Of a DNA stretch of 24,000 nucleotides, positions 18,273-24,000 are shown in pieces. Source of the DNA: Campylobacteraceae bacterium (GTDB taxonomy: Bacteria; Campylobacterota; Campylobacteria; Campylobacterales; Sulfurospirillaceae). The notes beneath the pieces are model-generated. The model searched no databases. It was given only the letters and a program-made list of their open reading frames with translations, and had not been told where the DNA came from. Positions within the stretch are counted from its first letter, which is position 1; the number at the start of each line of letters is the position of its first letter. Both the position numbers and the translations under genes were made by a program. The stretch lies in NCBI GenBank assembly GCA_027050775.1, contig JALUBH010000037.1, positions 70,674-94,673 on the forward strand. Reading direction: 5' to 3'.

Positions 18273-18325
18273 ACTCTAATTTTAGCAAAAAATAGTAAAT
18301 TTATCGTCTATTTATATAAAAGTTG

Positions 18326-18331
18326 TATAAT
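18326..18331 (+). promoter_or_regulatory. Likely -10 element TATAAT for metK transcription
   Basis: AGTTGTATAATTCTTGGGC; +1 expected near 18337-18338, immediately at the start of a G/C-rich structured element. The -35 is weak. Confidence 0.5.
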
Positions 18332-18333
18332 TC

Positions 18334-18371
18334 TTGGGCAATTTAACCAATGGTGGGCGAAAGCCTCAATT
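18334..18371 (+). promoter_or_regulatory. Candidate structured 5' leader RNA element of metK
   Basis: TTGGGCAATTTAACCAATGGTGGGCGAAAGCCTCAATT. It offers a GGGC-GAAA-GCCT hairpin, or alternatively a longer TTGGGC / GCC(T)CAA helix with one bulge. It is far more G/C-rich than its surroundings. Confidence 0.4.
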
Positions 18372-18431
18372 CAAACTTTTTAATTTTATTTTTAGATATT
18401 AGCTGTATCAGTTAAAAATCTCTTCAAAAAA

Positions 18432-18513
18432 ATGGAAAACAAAAGGATGGAAAACAATTAAGAGCAATAATCTCTTATGGAAAACAAAGAAATGGAAAAC
18501 AAAAATGGAAAAC
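18432..18513 (+). repeat. Five copies of ATGGAAAAC, the last containing the metK start codon
   Basis: Copies at 18432, 18447, 18477, 18492 and 18505. The first four are in phase (15, 30, 15 bp) and the last is 13 bp further, in a different frame. Confidence 0.9.
18459..18477 (+). promoter_or_regulatory. Hairpin TAAGAG-caataat-CTCTTA in the metK leader
   Basis: Perfect 6-bp stem (18459-18464 / 18472-18477) between repeat copies 2 and 3. The left arm could also pair with CTCTT at 18420-18424. Confidence 0.55.
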
Positions 18514-19716
18514 ACATCCCAATATTTATTTACAAGTGAAGTCGTAAGCCCGGGACATCCGGACAAATGTGCAGATATCATAGCTGACAGTATCGTTGAT
18601 GCTTTGATTATTGCTGATTCAAATTCAAGAGTTGCTAGCGAAGTATTTGTAGCCGGCAAAAATGTCATCATAGGTGGTGAAGTAAAATCTTCAGCCAATT
18701 TAGAAACAAAAGATTATGAAGATATAGTTAAGGATACTCTTGTAAAGATAGGTTATAACGGAAAATCTGCTTTTACGAGAGAGCAGTGTCTGCATCCTGA
18801 TGATGTTAAAATTCAAGTTCTTTTAAATAGACAATCAAGTGATATATCTCAAGGTGTTGATCAAGAAACCGGTGAGATTGGAGCAGGCGATCAGGGAATT
18901 ATGTTTGGTTTTGCCACAAACGAGACAGCAGATTTTATGCCCTCAGCCATCACTTATGCCAGGATGATTTGCGATAAAGTATATAATTATGCACTGAATC
19001 ATAACCAAAAGTTAGGAGTAGATATAAAAACTCAGGTGACCATGGATTATGGTACAAAAGAAAACTTTGAAAATTGCCTTCCTCAAAAGATTCACACTAT
19101 CGTCGTATCGGCTCCATCAGTTGAAGATATGCCTATAGAAGAGGTGAGAGAGCTTTTGAAAGGCTTGATAGATGGTACAGGACTTCCCCCAAGACTTTAT
19201 GACCCTAAAAATACAATCTTGCATCTGAACCCGACAGGTAGATATGTAAATCACAGTCCACTACACGACTCAGGTCTCACAGGAAGAAAATTGATAGTAG
19301 ATAGTTTTGGTGGATATTCGCCAATTGGTGGTGGTGCACAAAGCAGTAAGGATTACACAAAAGTTGATAGAAGTGGTCTTTATGCAGCCCGTTGGTTAGC
19401 AAAAAATATAATAGCAAGTGGACTTGCTAAAAAATGTTCAGTGCAGCTTTCTTATGCGATAGGAGTATCAAAGCCACTTTCAATCAGCGTTGATACCTTT
19501 GGCACAAACACAAGTGTAAGTGATGATGTTTTGTCTAATTTTGTATTAAATACATTTAGTTTAACTCCAAGATGGATAACTGAAAAATTTGGTTTAGATA
19601 AACCAAGCAGTGAAACTTTTTTATATGCCGATGTAGCAGGAAGAGGTCAAGTTGGACAGAGCGATTATCCTTGGGAAAAATTAGATGCATTAGAACTTTT
19701 TGAAACTTTAAAATAG
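18505..19716 (+). CDS. metK: S-adenosylmethionine synthetase
   Basis: FTSEVVSPGHPDKCADIIADSIVDALI, GAGDQGIMFGFA and GGYSPIGGGAQSSKDYTKVDRSGLYAARWLAKNI. Confidence 0.97.
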   Translation: MENTSQYLFTSEVVSPGHPDKCADIIADSIVDALIIADSNSRVASEVFVAGKNVIIGGEVKSSANLETKDYEDIVKDTLVKIGYNGKSAFTREQCLHPDDVKIQVLLNRQSSDISQGVDQETGEIGAGDQGIMFGFATNETADFMPSAITYARMICDKVYNYALNHNQKLGVDIKTQVTMDYGTKENFENCLPQKIHTIVVSAPSVEDMPIEEVRELLKGLIDGTGLPPRLYDPKNTILHLNPTGRYVNHSPLHDSGLTGRKLIVDSFGGYSPIGGGAQSSKDYTKVDRSGLYAARWLAKNIIASGLAKKCSVQLSYAIGVSKPLSISVDTFGTNTSVSDDVLSNFVLNTFSLTPRWITEKFGLDKPSSETFLYADVAGRGQVGQSDYPWEKLDALELFETLK

Positions 19717-19722
19717 ATCCAA

Positions 19723-20271
19723 GTGTCTAATATGAAGATAAAAACATCGCTTTCGGTAGTAATTCGTATTTTGTTATGGGTTTTTTTACTCATTGGCGGT
19801 TCGATAATAGGTATCTTGTATGATGCATATGATCCTGTGTGGCATAGTTGTATATTTCATATCATCTCCTTCATTTTAGGCTATATCATTCTTGTTTTTG
19901 CCTTTAGGTCGGCTGCAAACGGTGGCAGAGAATTAAAAAAAGGAAGAGTCGGAGATATACCTAGACTTGAGACAAACCATCTCGTAACAACCGGCATATA
20001 CAGCTGCATGAGACATCCTATGCTTTTTGGTTTAACACTTTTGCCATTAGGCACAGCACTCGTGATTGGTTCACCCACTTTTATCTCTATTGTAGCTCCG
20101 ATTGAGATGGTTTTTATCATCTTTATGGTAGTTGTTTTTGAAGAGTGGGAGGTAAGAAAGAAATTTAAAGAGGAGTATGAAGAGTACGCCTCAAAAGTAC
20201 CGATGGTAAGCTTCAAAAAAGAGTGTCTTGAAAAACTCTTTGGAAAAATAAAAAAATCTATGGATAGATAA
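19723..20271 (+). CDS. Second ICMT-like/NnrU-like membrane methyltransferase-family protein
   Basis: LETNHLVTTGIYSCMRHPMLFGLTLLPLGTAL and FEEWEVRKKFKEEYEEYASKVPMV form an ICMT-type C-terminal core with the RHP motif. Confidence 0.8.
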   Translation: MSNMKIKTSLSVVIRILLWVFLLIGGSIIGILYDAYDPVWHSCIFHIISFILGYIILVFAFRSAANGGRELKKGRVGDIPRLETNHLVTTGIYSCMRHPMLFGLTLLPLGTALVIGSPTFISIVAPIEMVFIIFMVVVFEEWEVRKKFKEEYEEYASKVPMVSFKKECLEKLFGKIKKSMDR

Positions 20272-21535
20272 CACCGCTGATGCCGCCATTTGCACTGTGG
20301 TATATGGTGGTGTCGTATCTTTTTGCGTAAAATCTAAGTAGTAGATGCTGCAGGGTTGGTTCGATTGAGGGTTTAAACCAGGCGTTATTGCTGATGGCTA
20401 TCATTCTTTTTGGAGCATTTTCAAAGAGTTTGTCTGTTGTTGCTTCAAAACAGACGGCACTTCTGAATTTTATCCCTCTTATATCAAAGTTTTGTGGAGT
20501 TTTAGCTCTTGAATAATCACTTGCAGAGTTAAAAAATATCTTGTTTATAAATTTGCTTAAAAAAGCAGGAAGCGGTATCTCTTCACCAAATGGTACAAGT
20601 GTGACTTTGTGAGCTATTTGCATATTTCCATTTTCAAAAAAGTATGAGGAGTTGTAAATTTTGTGGTTTTGATAAGTCAGTCCTCCTGTTACTATATCTA
20701 TTTGAAATGATAACTTTTTTAGTGCCTCTATTTCATCGGTGTGTAAGTTGAGATATTGAGGAAAAGCGCTTTCAGGGAGCACTACAAGACTAAAACCTCT
20801 ATTTATAGCACTCTTTATCGAAGCAAAATTTTCTTTAACCAGGCTGTTTTCAAACTGCTTATCCCATTTATCTCTTTGATTTACATCACTCTTTACAAGC
20901 TCTACATGTAGAGGCAAATTTTGGTCTTTTATTTGAGGTTGCCACATAGCTAAAATAAGGAGCAAAACAGAAAAAAGTTTATAATACTTTGGTAATTTTA
21001 TCATTAAAATGATGGCCGTTAAAAAGAGTATGTAGGAGTAGATTTGAGTACTAAAATAGCTATTTATTAGACTCAATTCCAATTTTAGCCAATTAAATCC
21101 AAATGGCGAAAAAAAGCTCAGTGAAAAAAAGAGAAAAGTTCTTACAAAAAGGTTATTAAAAAGCCCAATGATGGTAAATATAATCCCATAAACCAGTGCT
21201 ATTACAAGAATGACAAATGGTATAAGATATGCCAAATCATAATATCTAAAACTGAGACTTATCCAATAGAACCAAAAAATACCTATGAAAAAACCACTCC
21301 AAAAAAGCTCATATTTATCTGCTTTGAGTAGAAGGTAAAATCCCAATATAGCAAAAATAGAATCCAATATTTTAAAATGAATATGAAAATATTCAAGATA
21401 TATAAAAATCGAGAGACAAAAAGCTATAACAAAGCCTTTTATTATATAAGAAATGGTAAAATAATCTCTTAAAATTTTTACACAAAAGGATTTACATGCA
21501 AGGCGGTTCAAATATGCTGACTTCTTTATTACCAT
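20258..21535 (-). CDS. lnt: Apolipoprotein N-acyltransferase; start site uncertain (long ORF overlaps the yajC start)
   Basis: N-terminal multi-TM region followed by the nitrilase-like domain: VVLPESAFPQYL, VTLVPFGEEIPLP, SAVCFEATTDKLF, IAISNNAWF and GISGVIYP. Confidence 0.88.
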   Translation of the reverse strand: MVIKKSAYLNRLACKSFCVKILRDYFTISYIIKGFVIAFCLSIFIYLEYFHIHFKILDSIFAILGFYLLLKADKYELFWSGFFIGIFWFYWISLSFRYYDLAYLIPFVILVIALVYGIIFTIIGLFNNLFVRTFLFFSLSFFSPFGFNWLKLELSLINSYFSTQIYSYILFLTAIILMIKLPKYYKLFSVLLLILAMWQPQIKDQNLPLHVELVKSDVNQRDKWDKQFENSLVKENFASIKSAINRGFSLVVLPESAFPQYLNLHTDEIEALKKLSFQIDIVTGGLTYQNHKIYNSSYFFENGNMQIAHKVTLVPFGEEIPLPAFLSKFINKIFFNSASDYSRAKTPQNFDIRGIKFRSAVCFEATTDKLFENAPKRMIAISNNAWFKPSIEPTLQHLLLRFYAKRYDTTIYHSANGGISGVIYP

Positions 21536-21768
21536 TGGTCGTACTTTTCGCGATTTTTTATTTTTTGGTTATAAGACCTCAACAAAAACAAGCAAAGCAA
21601 CATAAGAATATGATTGCGAGTCTCAAAAAAGGAGACAAGGTTATCACAAATGGCGGACTTATATGTGAGGTTGTTAAACCTGAAGAGAATTTTATCAAAG
21701 TTTCACTTAACAATGATGTAATTGTTAAAATCTCTCGAGAGTATATAGCAAAGAAAATAGATGAGTAA
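21514..21768 (+). CDS. yajC: Preprotein translocase subunit YajC
   Basis: LLPLVVLFAIFYFLVIRPQQKQAKQHKNMIASLKKGDKVITNGGLICEV. ATG at 21514, with an AAGGCGG-like SD, is the better start than 21496. Confidence 0.93.
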   Translation: MLTSLLPLVVLFAIFYFLVIRPQQKQAKQHKNMIASLKKGDKVITNGGLICEVVKPEENFIKVSLNNDVIVKISREYIAKKIDE

Positions 21769-23341
21769 AGGTGGATTAAATTACCGCTTGGTGATTTTTT
21801 TCATTGCAATTGTATTTGGGGTGGGTTTTTCACTGCCGACCTTTTTGCAAACCAAGGGAGGTGCCAAGATCTCCTTGGGACTTGACCTTCAAGGTGGTTT
21901 GCATATGCTTCTAGGTGTAAAAACAGATGAAGCTATAAAATCAAAGATGAAATCAATCGCATCAAGCATAAAGTTTTTTACGGACAACAATGATATTGTT
22001 ATTGATGAGCTAAGGGTTAAGGGTGATTTGGTATCTTTCACTCTTCTAGATAAAGATGAAGAGAAAAACCTTGATAACATGATTAAAAAGATACCGGGTG
22101 TTCAAATAAAAAAAGATAAACTCTCTTATGTGTTAAGCTTAAGCAATAAAGAGAAAGTAGCAACTAAAAAGTTTGCAGTTTCTCAGGCAGTTGAGACTAT
22201 CAGAAACAGACTCGATCAGTTTGGATTGAGCGAGCCAAATGTTGCAAAGCAAGGAGCTGACAAGATACTCGTTGAACTTCCGGGTATTAAAACCATAGAG
22301 GAAGAGCAGCGAGCTAGAGAGCTTATAGCAAAAGCAGCACATCTTCAACTGATGGCCATAGATGAAAAAAGAGCTGACCAAGCAAATACTATGAGTGAAG
22401 ACGAGGCGGCAAGTTACGGAGATGTTATATTGCCGGATTCTAAAAATCCAAAAATAAAATACATAGTAAAGAGTGTACCTATCTTAGATGGAAGTATGCT
22501 TACAGATGCAAAAGTAGGCTTTAGTAGCATGAATCAACCTGTAATCAACTTTACTTTAAATAGTGAGGGTGCGAAGATTTTTGGGGATTATACGGCTAAA
22601 AATGTAGGAAACCACTTAGCAATTGTGCTTGACAATATAGTATATTCGGCTCCTGTCATAAAAGAGAGAATAGGCGGAGGAAGTGGGCAGATTAGCGGAG
22701 GATTTAGCATAAAAGAGGCACATGATGTGGCTATCGCTCTTAGGAGTGGTGCACTTTTGGCTCCTGTAAAACTGCTTGAAAAAAGAAGCGTAGGGCCAAG
22801 CCTTGGGGCTGATAGCATAAGAGCTAGTATGTTGGCGCTCATCACTGGTTTTGTGCTTGTATTTTTATTTATGATAGTCTATTATGGTATGGCAGGATTG
22901 ATAGCAGATATCGCACTTCTGGTGAACCTCTTTTTGGTTATAGCTATTATGGCTCTTTTTGGGGCGACACTGACCTTGCCGGGTATGGCGGGTATTGTTC
23001 TGACGGTCGGTATGGCCGTTGATGCCAATGTTATCATAAATGAGCGGATAAGGGAACTCTTTCGGGAGGGCAAAAGTGTGGCTAAGGCCGTTGAAAAGGG
23101 TTATACAAATGCTATGAGTGCTATTTTGGATGCAAATATCACGACACTTATAGCAGCAGTTGTACTTTATGCTTATGGAACAGGACCTATCAAGGGATTT
23201 GCTGTTACTATGAGTATAGGTATATTGGCTTCTATGCTGACAGCAATTCTAGGAACACATGGGATATATCAATACATAATGCCAATCATCGAGAGAAGTA
23301 AAAGCTTGCCATTTTGGTTTGGCGTAAAGAAAGGTAAGTGA
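21761..23341 (+). CDS. secD: Protein translocase subunit SecD
   Basis: ISLGLDLQGGLHMLLGV, RNRLDQFGLSEPNVAKQGADKILVELPGI, SIGPSLG-type KRSVGPSLGADSIRAS and AVDANVIINERIRELFREG. Confidence 0.97.
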   Translation: MSKGGLNYRLVIFFIAIVFGVGFSLPTFLQTKGGAKISLGLDLQGGLHMLLGVKTDEAIKSKMKSIASSIKFFTDNNDIVIDELRVKGDLVSFTLLDKDEEKNLDNMIKKIPGVQIKKDKLSYVLSLSNKEKVATKKFAVSQAVETIRNRLDQFGLSEPNVAKQGADKILVELPGIKTIEEEQRARELIAKAAHLQLMAIDEKRADQANTMSEDEAASYGDVILPDSKNPKIKYIVKSVPILDGSMLTDAKVGFSSMNQPVINFTLNSEGAKIFGDYTAKNVGNHLAIVLDNIVYSAPVIKERIGGGSGQISGGFSIKEAHDVAIALRSGALLAPVKLLEKRSVGPSLGADSIRASMLALITGFVLVFLFMIVYYGMAGLIADIALLVNLFLVIAIMALFGATLTLPGMAGIVLTVGMAVDANVIINERIRELFREGKSVAKAVEKGYTNAMSAILDANITTLIAAVVLYAYGTGPIKGFAVTMSIGILASMLTAILGTHGIYQYIMPIIERSKSLPFWFGVKKGK

Positions 23342-24000
23342 TGCAGGTATTTTCAAAAGATAAAATTTATGATTTTATGGGAAAAAGCAATATTTTTATA
23401 ACAATTTCACTTGTTATGATGTTGTCTTCATACTTCTTTTTGTACACAAAAGGCTTAAACTATGGTATAGATTTTGCAGGCGGAACTGTTGTTCAAGTAA
23501 AATACAATAAAGTAGCTCCTATTAAAAAGATAAGAAAAGCTATCGCAAAAGATAAAGCTTTTGAGAATGCTACTATTACGAAGTTTGGTTCAGCAAATGA
23601 GATAATTATCCGTTTTGCAACAACAAGTGGAAACTTGAGTAAAGATGCCGGCGATAAGATAAAAAATCTTTTAAAAGGCACGGGTAACTTTAAAATAAGA
23701 AGAGTCGATATAGTGGGACCAAAAGTCGGAGGGGAGCTAAGAGAAAAAGGTATAATGGCGATGGTGATGTCGATACTCGCTATCTTAATTTATGTAGGCT
23801 TTAGATTTGAATGGAGATTTGCATTGGCCTCTGTCATGGCATTAGTGCATGATGTCTCTATTGCTATGGGTGCTATTGCTCTTTTTCAAGTAGATTTTAA
23901 TCTGGATGTTCTAGCAGCTCTTTTGACACTGCTGGGGTATTCGCTAAATGATACGATTATCGTTTTTGATAGGATTAGAGAAGGAATCGGAGATACCAAA
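23341..24000 (+). CDS. secF: Protein translocase subunit SecF (3' truncated by window edge)
   Basis: KGLNYGIDFAGGTVVQVKY, IVGPKVGGELREKG and LLGYSLNDTIIVFDRIREGIGDTK. ATGA overlap with secD. Confidence 0.96.
   Translation, partial: MQVFSKDKIYDFMGKSNIFITISLVMMLSSYFFLYTKGLNYGIDFAGGTVVQVKYNKVAPIKKIRKAIAKDKAFENATITKFGSANEIIIRFATTSGNLSKDAGDKIKNLLKGTGNFKIRRVDIVGPKVGGELREKGIMAMVMSILAILIYVGFRFEWRFALASVMALVHDVSIAMGAIALFQVDFNLDVLAALLTLLGYSLNDTIIVFDRIREGIGDTK

Noticed and set aside
18432-18513. Considered whether the ATGGAAAAC repeats could be a CRISPR array
   Set aside because: The units are only 9-15 bp, there are no unique spacers of CRISPR length, and no cas genes are present in the window.
20258-20271. 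14-bp tail-to-tail overlap of the ICMT-like gene and lnt
   Set aside because: Small convergent overlaps are common in compact bacterial genomes. No special structure was seen.
1-24000. Search for tRNA/rRNA genes, transposases, integrases, phage genes, toxin-antitoxin pairs and defence systems
   Set aside because: None could be recognised by eye. Nearly all sequence is accounted for by housekeeping or identifiable accessory genes.

Overview
The window is a densely coded, AT-rich chromosomal segment. Its gene content and order (uvrD/rep-like helicase, truB, csrA, ispE, smpB, clpS, clpA, aat; later metK, lnt, yajC, secD, secF) match the Campylobacterota, probably a free-living Sulfurimonas/Sulfurovum-like organism (an inference from protein style, not a database result). 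I saw no rRNA, tRNA, CRISPR array, transposase, phage gene or known defence system. The parts that are less routine are: (1) an AraC regulator / PLP aminotransferase / RidA-like / LysE-family exporter block; (2) a translationally coupled three-gene partner-switching module (STAS, HATPase kinase, CACHE-HAMP-PP2C phosphatase) with no sigma factor beside it; (3) a ThiF/MoeB-like, TusA-like, YaiI-like operon; (4) an MCP with a duplicated motif in its sensor and a C8 homopolymer upstream; (5) an unusual metK leader with a compact G/C-rich structured element starting near the predicted +1, a hairpin, and five copies of ATGGAAAAC, the last being the metK start. Two SAM-dependent, ICMT-like membrane methyltransferase genes flank metK. 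I think the metK leader is the best candidate for something undescribed.
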